Positions 30,262 to 42,367 of a stretch of 64,000 nt of DNA are shown piece after piece. The stretch comes from Fistulifera solaris (Eukaryota): NCBI GenBank assembly GCA_030295235.1, contig AP026125.1, forward strand, positions 62,001 through 126,000, written 5' to 3'. A program made the position numbers and the translations under genes. Positions within the stretch are counted from its first letter, which is position 1, and each line of letters opens with the position of its first letter. A model generated the notes under the pieces. The model saw only the letters and a program-made list of their open reading frames with translations. It was not told the DNA's origin and did not search any database.

Positions 30262-31204
30262 TTAGCACATGACAACACCATATGTTGCATTCAAATACTC
30301 GTATTGCCAGTGGGTATAAAACGACTTGGAGTAGTCTAAATGTGCCAATCGAAAATTTTCCCTCGGTAGGAAATACTGTATTGACACCCACACTTTCTTG
30401 AATCAACACATGGCCGGGTTCCAACAAACGCACTAGCCATTGGCAAATTTCCATTCGCAATGATATGGGTAGGCTTCTCAGCAGCTGCAGCATCCGAATA
30501 TACTGATCCGGATCATAAGAGGATCCAGTTAGTGCTCTTCCGTAGTCGCTGAGCAGCTTAAACGATACAGCATAGTAGCTCGACACAAACTCTTCTAACT
30601 CAACTTCTAAAGCACCATCATCCTTAGCTTGACTCACGGCGAGATAACGCACCACACAACGCCCCAATTCATCATGATCTGTGCCACTCAAGCAAGGTGC
30701 TCCTCTCTTGATTCCAAATAACAATGATGATATTTCGTCCATGAGTATCTTTACATTAGTGGCCGTGGAGGTAGCGTTGGTTCCAAGAAGACCCGTCATT
30801 TCGGCGACATATTCCCATCGACGAGCAAAGTCGGAACTATACGTTCCAGTCACACTGTTCTTCCACTTCTGTCCAACATGCTTACGGTAATAGCCTTTGC
30901 CAGTATGCAAACGAGGATCTTGAAACAGCTGTTTCAGTTCCTGTAGCGTGACATCGCGTCGGAACAGCTGTGTCTTCCCCTTTGTCGGGTGACTGAGACA
31001 GGTACCGACGGTTCCCGTCGAATAGTAGACATTGATGCGAGCACGGTCCCTGCGGAAGGAAATGACACGACTGACATCATTGAGCATGATCTCCGTGTAG
31101 CGAAATGCATAAGCGATTTCGCGGACTTGTGAGATGGTAAACCGATCCTTGGATACAATGTATCCAATCTGCACAGATGGCGAAGAAGTATATATGATGG
31201 TCAT
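30262..31204 (-). CDS. Hypothetical protein, paralog of 31624..32520 (frameshift at ~30361 restores the shared C-terminus)
   Basis: RINVYYSTGTVGTCLSHPTKGKTQLFRR...FQDPRLHTGKGYYRK domain. Removing one G gives ENFRLAHLDYSKSFYTHWQYEYLNATYGVVMC*, matching the paralog's ENVRLPHLEYSKFFYTKRQCQYLDLTYGVIMS*. Confidence 0.8.
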
Positions 31205-31623
31205 TATTTGGCGTGTTTCTATTGGTGAACGAAAATTTAGTTAATGAGTTCTTCAATGATTGTCAAATCATGAAAAATGACCACGATCTGCTTGTTCCAA
31301 ACGAAATGTGTGATTTGTATTTTGTGAATCTTTGGCCGCTTTGTCCGAAAAAATGTCACGGAAGAAAAAGCGACGGCTGAATAAATGTCGGACATGCGAA
31401 GGTGCTACGGGCGGAGCTACCGACGAGGCACAGACAAAATGCATTGAAGCGTATAGGTATAGACTTGAAAACAGAAGTAGAAGTAATCAACTGAAATGAT
31501 CAACTATGTAATATTATAAACCAGTCGAACATTTTCACAATAATCAATTGTCACCTACATTGAGAAAAGCGGTATTGGATTAAAGTCGAGTCACTGACGG
31601 CGTGATTAGCACTCGTCTAGAAT

Positions 31624-32520
31624 CTAGCTCATAATCACTCCGTAGGTCAAATCCAAATACTGGCATTGCCGCTTGGTGTAAAAAAACTTGGAATATTCCA
31701 AATGCGGCAATCTCACATTCTCGTCGGTCGCACACAATTTTTTTTTCTTGTTTACTAGCACATGATCTTCTTCCAGCATCCCCACTATCCAAGCACAAAC
31801 TTCCACGCGCACGGGCTTGGGTAAAGTACGGAGTAGCCCTGCGAGTCGGTTCATTTGTGTCGCATCACTGCCATTGATGTGGGCCGCATAGTCACTGAGT
31901 GGTTTCACCGACGAAATTTCATCTTTCGCAGCAACTCCTTTGGCCCCATCTTGAATGGCTTGTTTGACAACGAGAAAGCGCAGGACGCATCGTTCTAAAG
32001 CTTGAGGATTGTTGCGATTGAGACGAGGCGCTTGTTTCGACGTGCCAAACAGCAACGTATACACTTCGTCCATGAATTTCTTCAAAACAGCTGTATCTGC
32101 CTTTGAATTCGTCATTTCGGTCACGTATTCCCAGCGACTCGCAAAATCGGAAAGAAAGGTACCTGTTTGACTGTTTTTCCACTTATGTCCGGCGTGCTTG
32201 CGGTAATAGCCTTTGCCCGTGTGTTGGCGGGGATTTTGAAACAGTTGCTTCAATTCGGGCGGTGACAAGTTGCGGCGAAAGAGTTGTGTTTTGCCTCGGA
32301 CGGGATGATTGACACAAGTTCCGACGGTTCCAGTCGTATAATAGACATTGATGCGGACATTATCTTTGCTGAAGGAAATGCCCCGACTGGTTTCATTGAG
32401 ACTAATTTCTTTGTAGTGATGTTGCTTGGCGATTTCGCGGACTTGGGCAATCGAATAGCCCTTGTCGGCATCCTCTTGCCCGACAAGGGCAACGTAGCCA
32501 GTCGTATGAATCATAACCAT
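31624..32520 (-). CDS. Hypothetical protein with conserved N-terminal domain of unknown function
   Basis: Intact 298-aa ORF. RINVYYTTGTVGTCVNHPVRGKTQLFRR...FQNPRQHTGKGYYRK is shared with the adjacent copy. Confidence 0.8.
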   Translation of the reverse strand: MVMIHTTGYVALVGQEDADKGYSIAQVREIAKQHHYKEISLNETSRGISFSKDNVRINVYYTTGTVGTCVNHPVRGKTQLFRRNLSPPELKQLFQNPRQHTGKGYYRKHAGHKWKNSQTGTFLSDFASRWEYVTEMTNSKADTAVLKKFMDEVYTLLFGTSKQAPRLNRNNPQALERCVLRFLVVKQAIQDGAKGVAAKDEISSVKPLSDYAAHINGSDATQMNRLAGLLRTLPKPVRVEVCAWIVGMLEEDHVLVNKKKKLCATDENVRLPHLEYSKFFYTKRQCQYLDLTYGVIMS

Positions 32521-32989
32521 CGTTCAAATATAACAAAAGAGTCTTCGCTTGTAACCCACGCCAAAAAGGTCGTCGGAGCTTTTGGATGTGAAAAGATCTT
32601 CCGATCGTGAGAGGATCACGGCGGATCGGCGGATCGGCGGATCGCAAGGAAAGGGTCACGGTCACGCTCTTAGGTCACGGCGGTCACGGGTCACTCGCTC
32701 GGAGTCTGGAATTCGGCATTCGGAATCATCATCATCATGGAGTTTTTCTTCGAGACACTCTTCTATTTGTTTCTGTTTCTGGTTTCTGGCGCTGCAAGTT
32801 GAACAATAATGTTGAACATTAGCGCGGAATGACCCGAAGGGAGACATAAAACCCTTTGCTCGATAGTCGATGTACTGATCCGATGACTGCTGACTGTTGA
32901 CTGGTAAGAAGGTGAGGTCACTTTAATGCTATGACTTGCACTTGACAGTTGTCTTCTGTACACTTCGTTTTATCCATTTTTTGTAGACT

Positions 32990-35900
32990 ACTCATTACTT
33001 TACAGGAATCCCGAGGAACATCATTGAGAGGCGACACGGAAATCATCTTCTGCAGCGTTCTGCGGTCCCTTTTTGCTTTGCAGTTGTGTGAACCCGTTTC
33101 CATAACAATAATAATCAACTCCTCGAATCCCTGTCATCTATTCTGGACAATTCGACGACGCTGAATTCATTTTTCGCATTCAATCTCTCATCAGATCAAC
33201 CGATCAATCGCTTTTCAGCATGGACAACCATGGTTCAAACGCTGCATCGCAGCCGAATCGGCGATCCGTGAGTTTTGGCGAAACATCAATCCATCTAGTC
33301 GACCCTGATCAACTGACATATTCGAGTACTACTCACCAGCCAGTAAAAGGTACTAGAACGCGGAACACTAGGAAGCAGAGTACTAAGTCAAAAATTCATT
33401 TAGGACCAAACGCCAACGCATCCCGATGCTGCAAATGTACTCCAAAGGCCCACTGCAAAACAAATAGATGCCGCTGCAAGCAAAATGGTATTTACTGTAC
33501 AAATTGCCAATGTTCCGACTGCCATAACAAAGATCGTCTTCAAACCACTCACACTATCAACGGAAGAGAAATCATGGTGGAATTTTGCCAACCGGTTGGA
33601 CTTGGACCTCAGGACACGAACCCTAACCCTGCTAACAATGACACGGGAAATGAGACGATCCAAATCCAAAACAGTAATCGCGAAGTCATCGACTCACAAC
33701 CTCAACCAGTACAAAACCAGGAATACCAGGAAACAGGACATAATGACACCATTCAAGTTGAAGTTCACGACGGCACTCCTATTGACTTCCGAAGTGATGA
33801 CAGTGACGAGGGCGAAGACGGAGAAGAAATGTATGACCGACACACTAACTCAACATTCAACCAACTTTCTACACCGGAACCTGATGCTGACCTCCCGGGA
33901 TTTGTTGACACGGAATCACATCAAACTATCCGTCAAGTTTTCGGCGACCACATCCACGATAATGATGGAACACACCTCACAGGAGGACTGCCCGAAGAAG
34001 TTGACAAAAATGGCAAGACTGGTACAAATCCCTAATTGCAACACCGTCACGAGCTTACACCCTCCGGTCGAAACGGCACTTCAAAGCGGTTTCTTTCCAT
34101 TCTAACTGAAGAGCTACAAAACGTCCGAAAGCACAGAACAGCAAATTTCGAGCGTAGTCTTGGTCTTCATCATGGTCATTCTTGAGTCCACCCCACATAT
34201 CAAACGACAAAAAGACATCAACAGAAGACTGAATGATCGATTGGATCTTTGGTTATCGGGAAATCAGCATGCTCTTTATCACGATACAGTTCTAGAAAAA
34301 GCAAAGCGGGATAAGCCATCAAAGCGTGCTTTTACCCTTGAAGAAAGGGCACGACGCTTTGACGCCATGTTGAAATCCCGGACGAACCAAAGAAGCAATG
34401 CAATTACTCACCTCTACCGAGTCAAAAGGAGTCCTCGATCCGGGAAGATATTGACCCCAAAACAAATCGCAAAGTTATTGAGGTTCTACGTGATAAACAT
34501 CCAGAGTTGCGCACCCCTGATCTCAACACAACAGAAGGACGACTTGCCTTTGAACAGTATGATTTTCTTCCAGATGCAGTTCCTTTACCAGTCTCCGCGA
34601 GAAACAATCGCAACCTCTGCCACCAAACTCAAAGGAAGTGGAGGACCAAGTGGAACAGACGCGGTCACTCTAAAGAATTGGCTCCTAGGTCACGGGAAAG
34701 TTTCTTTTAAGCCTGAGATGCGAAGTTGGCTCATTGGACAGAATGGCTTGCAAATCACAGCCCTCCATATGCTGCAATTCGGGCCCTACTAAATGCAAGA
34801 CTTATTGGTTTAGACAAAAGCCCGGAGTTCGCCCCTATTGCAATTGAAGAAATCTTCCGTCGCTTAATGGCCAAAACGGTTGCTATTCTCAAGGGTGACT
34901 CGGCAGCAGAAGAATGTGGTAACCTTAACCTTTGTACGGGACTCTCCTCAGGCACCGAAGGATCCATTCACGCAATGCTAAAATTCCTGGCGTCACCCAA
35001 CCAAGAAGCACTTCTCGAAAAGAACATTCTTCTTGAAATGGGATTCACTGATGAAGAAGCCCAAGATCTCGAATCTAACCTAGAAGAGGTCCAAAAGAAA
35101 TCACTGAAAGACTGCTGGACTATGAGGATGATCTCAACCGAAAAGAAAATTATGACGAAAATGATCCCGAAGCAGTGCTCCTAATTGACGCAAGAAACGC
35201 ATTTAATGAACTCAGCAGATTTTCAATGCTCTGGACGGTTCGGCACCTTTGGCCAGCTGGAGCAAGATTTGTTTTCAATTGCTACAGACATGCATCTACT
35301 CTATTTGTACGCAGAGACTTTGACTTCTGTGAAGAGATCCTAAGCAGGGAAGGAATAGCCCAAGGCGATCCTCTAAGCATGATCCTTTATGGTTTAACTC
35401 ATACTCCTATTGCAGAGAAAATCCGAGAGAATGTCAAAAACATTGTTCAGCCCTTCTATGCGGATGATGTTGCTCTGGCTGGAAAATCCTCTGACATTTC
35501 TAAAGCAATGGAAATCCTAATGCAGTACGGTCCCGCTTCGAGGCTACTTTCCAGAACCAAGCAAAGTGTTGTTGTCTGTCGACAGAGCGATGAAGAAAAG
35601 TGCAACGAAATTCTGTCCAAATATGAATTTGAATATGTTCAAGGACACAGATACCTTGGTGGCTTTATTGGTTCAGCAGCTGCAAGAGATGAATACGTCA
35701 AAGAAAAAATCAAAAATTGGACACGCACAGTCAATCTGCTCTCTGAAGTTGCCAAGAAATATCCCCAGTCCGCTTATTCCGGCTTTCGTCACTCTCTTCA
35801 AATGGAATGGCAATATATCCAGCGAGTCATTCCACGCATTGCACCGCTATTCGAACCCTTAGAATCCGCAATTCAAAACAATTTTCTTCCCGCTCCTTGG

Positions 35901-37128
35901 ACAAAAAGAGCCAGTCACCGGAGAATTGCGCAAAATTCTGGCTTTAGGAACCAAAGCTGCTGGTATCGGAGTCTGGAACCCAGTGGAGACATGTCGTCAC
36001 AATTTCTCAACTTCGGAAAAAGTCACGAAGCTCATTTCAGGCAGTTTGCTCGAGAACCTTAATTTAAACTTCCGACAACATCAAGAACGAGCAAAAACCG
36101 AAAGAGCTGCGGCTTCCGTAAGTCGCCACGCTAGTGAACTCCAGACCCTGAAAGATATTTGCTGCGAAAGGAGACGATGAAAAAGGCAAACAAGAAAAGC
36201 GACGTCTTTTGCGAGCAAAATCGACTGGAATTTGGCTTTCCGTCAGACCGAAAACTCTCACAGACACTGATTTGTCTAAAGATGAGTTCCGAGACAGTCT
36301 TCGCGATTCGCGCAGGTCTACCTATCCAAGCACTTCCCCAGAAGTGTGACGGATGCAACAAACCTTTCTCGGTAGAACACGCTCAAACATGCAAACACGG
36401 CGGTCTTGTCATCCTTCGACACGACGATGTCAAAAACGAATTCATGTCTCTTTGTGCGCAGGCGTATGGCCCAAAAGCAGTACGCAACGAACCGACAATC
36501 CACACTTACAGCACTGACAATCGGAATGCACAAAAGAACAAGAACTTCGCGGCGACATTTCTACTTACGGTTTCTGGAGCGATCGGAAAACAACCATCTT
36601 TGACGTCCGCGTTACCGACACTGACGCCCCTTCGCACAAGAATCGCGAGCCAATGAACGTTCTTGCTTCCCAAGAACTCGAGAAACGAAGACTTTACGGC
36701 AAGCCCTGTATGGACCGCCGCCGTGATTTCACGCCTCTTGTTTTTTCTGTCGACGGGCTCATGGGTAAACAAGCTGTTGCGGCCTCACGCCAGCTTGCAA
36801 GAAAGCTGCAAAAGAAATGGAAGAGACCGTACTCAGAAATTTGTGGGTTTATCCGATCTCGTTTGAGTCTCTCGTTGGTTCGATCGGTGAGCATGCTATT
36901 GCGAAATCCGAGAGATGGCGCGCCACAGCGCAATCCTCCGCACTGGGAAACCGGCGCAGGTTTGTCGCTTTACTACTAACTGTGGTACAGTGATTCAGAA
37001 ATCGGAGTTTCTGAAAGAAAGAAAAAAATATTTGTGCCAAAAGAGAAAAACCAGTGGAAAATTCAGTCAAATGTCGAAAAAGCATCCGCATTTCAGGAAA
37101 ATTAGGAATAAATATTTAACAATAAAGA
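32990..37128 (+). mobile_element. CRE-like non-LTR retrotransposon (single ORF 33220-36979, multiply frameshifted): CXC domain, RT, CCHC knuckle, restriction-like endonuclease
   Basis: RT motifs: GSGGPSGTD, LIGLDK, PIAIEEIFRRL, LLIDARNAFNELSR, QGDPLSMILY, YADD, RYLGGFIG. C-terminus: CDGCNKPFSVEHAQTC, LRHDDV, ELRGDI, FDVRVTD, EKRRLY, FTPLVFSVDG. A-rich 3' UTR. Boundaries are tentative (AGACT at 32985 and 37129). Confidence 0.88.
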
Positions 37129-37332
37129 AGACTTCATCACTCTCTTTCCATGCAGGAACCATAAAATAGACACGATTTCTTCCTCCATTCTTCGTCTGCT
37201 TTGCTCTTCTTGTCGATCATCTGCGTTTACAGCCATAAAATCAGATTAAACACCCGCAAATAAACACAAAAATAATCAATGCTTCATTGTTCAAAAAGAG
37301 AGACGTTAAAACTTTCTTCTATTACCAGCAAC

Positions 37333-37590
37333 ATGTCTGTTTTGTCTCTCATGACACCCCCTGCTTCGTCGTCGAACCAAACACCCGACTCCTCTGAAGT
37401 TCAATCCGCATCACAGGACGCCGGCTACTCGACTATACCAACCGAAAAGCGAGACGAAAAGAACTCCTGCACGAAGCACGTGACGTTTGCCCCTCCCCAG
37501 AGTCGATGGAGTAGCTTGTCGAGTATTCAATGGGACGTCCTTCCGGAGCCACCACAACGAGAAATATCCAGAGAAATTACGCAAGAATAA
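37333..37590 (+). CDS. Short hypothetical protein (VTF..SRWSS..DxxPxPPxR motif); start uncertain
   Basis: C-terminal KHVTFAPPQSRWSSLSSIQWDVLPEPPQR resembles the motif in 40800..41273. Confidence 0.45.
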   Translation: MSVLSLMTPPASSSNQTPDSSEVQSASQDAGYSTIPTEKRDEKNSCTKHVTFAPPQSRWSSLSSIQWDVLPEPPQREISREITQE

Positions 37591-37767
37591 GCAGACACCA
37601 AGAAGACAAGCCAGTGTCTTTGAAACCGGTTTCTCAAAGATAGAATAGCGATAGAGCTTGATTATAAGTACAATTTTGTCCCAATTACTTTATATCATTG
37701 TATTTATACTTTTGAAATAAACCCATAGCTTTGTGTTAACGACTGTGTGATACATCTACAAGGATCA

Positions 37768-39499
37768 TCAACATCGTAATGTTGTCCCATTTGATTCGGC
37801 CGCAACGACCGATTTTTCCGGTGTAATCGGTGCGGGTGGAGGCTGAACTTTGCGACTAGGGGTTGTCGACGGTGATGAAGGTTTACCATTTCGACGAGTT
37901 CTGGCTGCTAAGAGACCTTCCGCTTGTCCGGAGCGGCCCGTCACTTCCTCATCATTGTTCGTAGGAGGAGGAGTCTCTTCTGTGGTTTCAACCACTTCTT
38001 GCTTTTCAGTCTCTTCCTTGTCGTCATTGTCATCCGCTGCAACGAGAGCCAACGGCCGTTCAATCAGTCCGGCTGCTTCCCCTTCTTGCCAAAACATGGG
38101 CTGAATCTTTTCCAAAAACTCTTGTTGAGGACCAATGACGCATCCTGGACGACAAATTCGCATCCACGCAATGCACTCGACGGCCGTCATGCGGTAATGT
38201 TTCATCAGATACGCCCCGATGCACGTTCCGGTGCGTCCCAAGCCGGCTTTGCAGTGCACCGCAAAGGCTTCGTCAGCAGGAACACTTTCGAAGGCTTCCA
38301 CGACACCGTGAAGAATGGACATGGGAGGACATGAGCCGTCTAGAAAGAAGGCTTCCACGTGATTGATGCCGGCTTCGACAAAGTCTTCTTCGTGATACGC
38401 CTTCTTGTTCAATCGAACGACTAAACTAACCTTCTTTTCTAAAAAGTAAGGAATGTAGTCTGCAGGTGCTAATGTGCAATAACCTTCGGGTGATACGTGA
38501 CGTTCGTACGAGGGACCCGCAAAGGCTAAGATTCGATCCTTGCACAGCCAATTTAAATCGCCGTTCTGCAGAAAACGAGAATGTGCCTAATGAGCGACCC
38601 AATAACCCCCGAATCATAGATGCAGCACAAAACCGGCAAGACTTACCTCTACTTGTTCAAAATGTTCGTATTCATCCACATCAAACGTATCTAGATCGAA
38701 AAAGCCGTGCGTCAAGGCGGCCGCCAGTCCATGCAAACAATCCATGACGGTAATATCGTACGTACACTCACACGGCGAAGCATCGTGAAAGTTGGGCAAC
38801 GGCGCAATGGTGACCGCCCCTTGACTCGCCGAGACGGGCGGTAAACTGCAGGTGGCGGCCGTGTCCGGAAAACACATTCGAGGTCACCAAGGTTGTATTC
38901 CGGTGCCGGGGACTATTCGTTAACGTCTTGGCGAAGCCTTTATACGCTTGTTCGGGACTGCGTCCCAAAAACAACATTTGCCACGCGGAAATGAGAAAAA
39001 TTGCATTCGCTCGCTTCGCCGGTAACGTTGTGGAATAAAAACAAACGACGGGGAACTTGCGCAATTTATCGTTGAGTCGATTCGAAAATCGAATCAATTG
39101 TCCCAAATTGAGAGGCCCAAAATCGAGAAAGAAGTTCCAGTAAATGAGTTCATTGTCCATATTGAAAAAGTGAATCTGTTTCTTGGGATCTTTCTTCCCA
39201 TCGTCGTGTCGTCGTGGCGTGGAAGCGAGAATATTGTGACTCGGCGGCGGCGTTTTTAATGCGGCATAATAGAGTCGTTGCTGTTTATGAATGTAACCGG
39301 TGATCGTAACGATTCAAAAAACACGTGATAATTGCACAACAGAGAATATGAGAAAAACGAGTTCAGGGTGGCAGCAAGAAATCGACTATCTCCAGCAAAG
39401 GAGAATAGTTGGACGTACCGGGAGAATTTCGACGGCTCCTTTTAAAGGATTCTTCGATCGAACAGTGGCCGCAACGCGCGGAGTGGATGTTTCCGACAT
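37768..39499 (-). CDS. CDC14: Cdc14-family dual-specificity protein phosphatase. Introns 39281-39418 and 38566-38646; frameshift at ~38870
   Basis: [48 protein letters not shown], catalytic [26 protein letters not shown]. Confidence 0.95.
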
Positions 39500-39574
39500 T
39501 GCTTCCTTCTGAAAATTGATGCAAGATTATAATGGGATAAGGCGCTGTCTAAACGTAGATTGTCGTAGAGAAAG

Positions 39575-39636
39575 AAACGGACGGTCACGGAGCGAAACGG
39601 AAACGGCGAGGTGCGTCAAACGAAAAGCAACCGTTT
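39575..39636. promoter_or_regulatory. Cluster of AACGG (MSA-like, Myb3R-type) motifs upstream of CDC14
   Basis: AAACGG at 39575, 39595 and 39601, and CCGTTT at 39631, 75-140 bp upstream of the CDC14 ATG. Confidence 0.4.
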
Positions 39637-39970
39637 AGTTCACGAATCAATTGCGTTACTTGCGACAGTAACCCGTAAATCCCGTAAAATTTAGTTTATT
39701 GCTCTTCTTTTCGTATGAGAAACTAATGAAACGAAAGGAAAGAAAAGGACGCAACAAAGTAATTTACAATCCCTTATTTGCACAGCAACATAATAACGTC
39801 GCAATAAAAGCTCCTCGCGCTGTCGCAAGAAAGGCCGGCGGGAAGGCCACTCAAAGACACTTGTACTTCTTAGCCTATACTAGTTGGAAGCGCGAAAATG
39901 TCCCTAACCCCAACCCTCTGGACTTTTCGTCGAAGGCGCGACACACGACACACTCGTTTCTTTTCCATGA

Positions 39971-40426
39971 ATCTAAACGGTAAACCCTGGGTTTGGCATA
40001 TGGCCGAAATGTCGCATCAGACATCCATGCGCCTCCACTGTGTCTTAGCGTACTGCGCTGCTGGCCCCAAAAAATCAACGCGTAAAATTACGGCAAATGC
40101 TGATTTTTGCGTGTCAACACAATCGTAAATACAGGGTCCGAATCTCCAGTAGCTATGCAAAATCATTTCTTATATTATAATAATGAGATCTGAATAGCTA
40201 CTGGAGATTCGGACCGTGAGTTCACATTTTTATTGACACGCTAATATCTGAATTTTACCGCGATGTTGCGTGGTGAAAAAATTCATGAAAAAAGCAATGA
40301 CAGACCGTGTACCTAATGGACTTATATGACAAAATAAATGTCACACTGAGACGCATGGATCCGTGTTCCTACTATTTTTGTATCGCGACAGACCAGTACG
40401 AAAAACCCAGGGTTTACCGTTTAGAT
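39971..40426. mobile_element. Foldback/MITE-like imperfect palindrome (~456 bp)
   Basis: Perfect 24-bp inverted repeat at 39971-39994 / 40403-40426. Perfect 22-bp inner inverted repeat at 40135-40156 / 40194-40215. Further partial arm matches and an AT-rich centre. Confidence 0.75.
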
Positions 40427-40799
40427 GATTATTCATGTCTTTTCGACGACGAGTTCCGAGACACGACGGTTGGGTCGTGCCTGGGAAACAGACACACGCT
40501 CTCCACAAAACCGCCAACCGAAGGAAACATCACGCGGAATGGAGGGGAGTGCAGGACTGAAGATACGAATGATCAACCAACAGCAATATAATCATCAAGA
40601 TGGATAGTTGCCTCGAAGAAGAAGGAACACTGGAACTAAGATGCGAGCGTAGAGAGGGAGATGGAGACCAGTAACTGTAAATTCTTTCAAAGCTAGAAAG
40701 ATATAGTGAATAACATGAACAAAAACTGCTTATAAACTAAAATACACATCATGAAGAGTCTATTATAAAGAAGAAAGGGAGGAAGAAGAGATTTCGTGA

Positions 40800-41273
40800 T
40801 CACTTGTCGGAGGTTGTAAGGACTTGCAACAGACTTTGGGTCGCCACGCTCCACAGTGATTTCCGTTGGGGTGGTGTCGTCGGTAAAGAGGATGCTTCCG
40901 GAGACCTTCGAGGTCGTTTGGGGCAAACATCCATTTCAAAATCAGACGACCATCGATCGTTGTATCGCAGTGACGATGATGACAAGTCACTCCATCGAAC
41001 CGCCTTGGAAGGTGATCGGGGAGGTAATACTGCGTTGGGGTTTTCTTTTCTTCGCAAGCCTTGCTTTTTCGATGAAGATTCGATCATTTCGTCGTCTAAT
41101 ATTTGTAACGACAAGGACGATACCATGGAGGAGAGTGTTGAATTGGTGGATGTTCGTCGCATGAACGGGATCGGTAATGTCATGTTGTGTGGCAAGTTTG
41201 TGTGACTGCCGTCAATCGTTTCTAATGATAATAAGTCTTTCCGTGATGGCATGGCCGTTTGTGATGATTCCAT
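40800..41273 (-). CDS. Hypothetical disordered protein (VRW..DRWSS..DxxPKRPRR motif)
   Basis: ATG ORF MESSQTAMPSRK... within the 214-aa track ORF. Confidence 0.55.
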   Translation of the reverse strand: MESSQTAMPSRKDLLSLETIDGSHTNLPHNMTLPIPFMRRTSTNSTLSSMVSSLSLQILDDEMIESSSKKQGLRRKENPNAVLPPRSPSKAVRWSDLSSSSLRYNDRWSSDFEMDVCPKRPRRSPEASSLPTTPPQRKSLWSVATQSLLQVLTTSDK

Positions 41274-42367
41274 GGGAGAAATAGGAGAAGCAATTTTGGG
41301 CGAACGTGAAATCGTGAGATGGATTACGAAAATAGAAAAATGTAAGAGCCGTGTCCCAAAAATGGGCGGAAGGCCACGCAAACGTGGGACCGCGGCGCGC
41401 CCGTCCAACTTCCAGCGAAATCCGGTCATGCATGGAAACAGCACGGAGAAGGGGCACAGGTCGGTTCTGTGTACTTTTGACGTACACTGGCTATAAATTT
41501 CAATCTTCTTGGGTCAGTGAAAAGAGGTATGACTGGTGTGTCGTTCGCCACTCATCACTGAGCTAATCTGTACCATCCCACCAAGACACGGCATTAAATT
41601 CTAGAGGTCGTGCATCGTGCTGCGTTAAATGACCCAAAAGACCGACAAAAGACTTCTTGGAATGGAAAAAGCGAAGAAAATATTGCAATCCAACGCACAA
41701 TGACCGTTTCATGGAAACCAGACACGCTGAGTATTTTATCGAAAGTACTCGACGAAGCGGAGAAGACATTTATAACCGGCATTGTCAATATCAGATTTAT
41801 GGGCACTTCACAAAATGACTCTACTTCATACATCTTACATCAGTCTCCAGCCTTCTAATGTCTATATTTATCAAACTACAACGTAAACTACAGTAAGCAG
41901 AAATGCCTGATCGTCACATTCTAAATGCTAAGGTCGAAGTCCTCTAAAGTTTTCGTATCGAAGCTCGAAGATCGACAGAAAAAAATAATGGAATTTGGAC
42001 ACCGATTCCGATTTGTTCCTTGTTATACTCCACATGGAATCACTGGGACGCCTCTCGCTTATGGCTTAATTGTGGAAGAATAGGTTCTCATGTTCTTGTT
42101 GATTCTAAGTTATGGTTGAAACGACCAACTAGCAAGGAATTTATCTTGAATCACAGAAAGCTGCTGAGTTTTAGTGAGACCGATTCCACCATCGTCTTGT
42201 CAAAAAAACATTGAACTGGCAAGTAACACTCCGAGTAATCAATGATTGCGATAATGCTGTGATTGATTTATGCTTTGAAAAGTTTTTGATCATCGGAGAG
42301 GTCCGTATCTTAATATGAATATTTTTTCGTCGTTCGTGGTGATGAAGATAGCTATTTCAGAATAAAC

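Noticed and set aside
32880..33220. Hammerhead or HDV-like ribozyme at the retrotransposon 5' end
   Set aside because: No CTGANGA/GAAA core with stems or nested pseudoknot found by eye; a covariance-model search would be needed.
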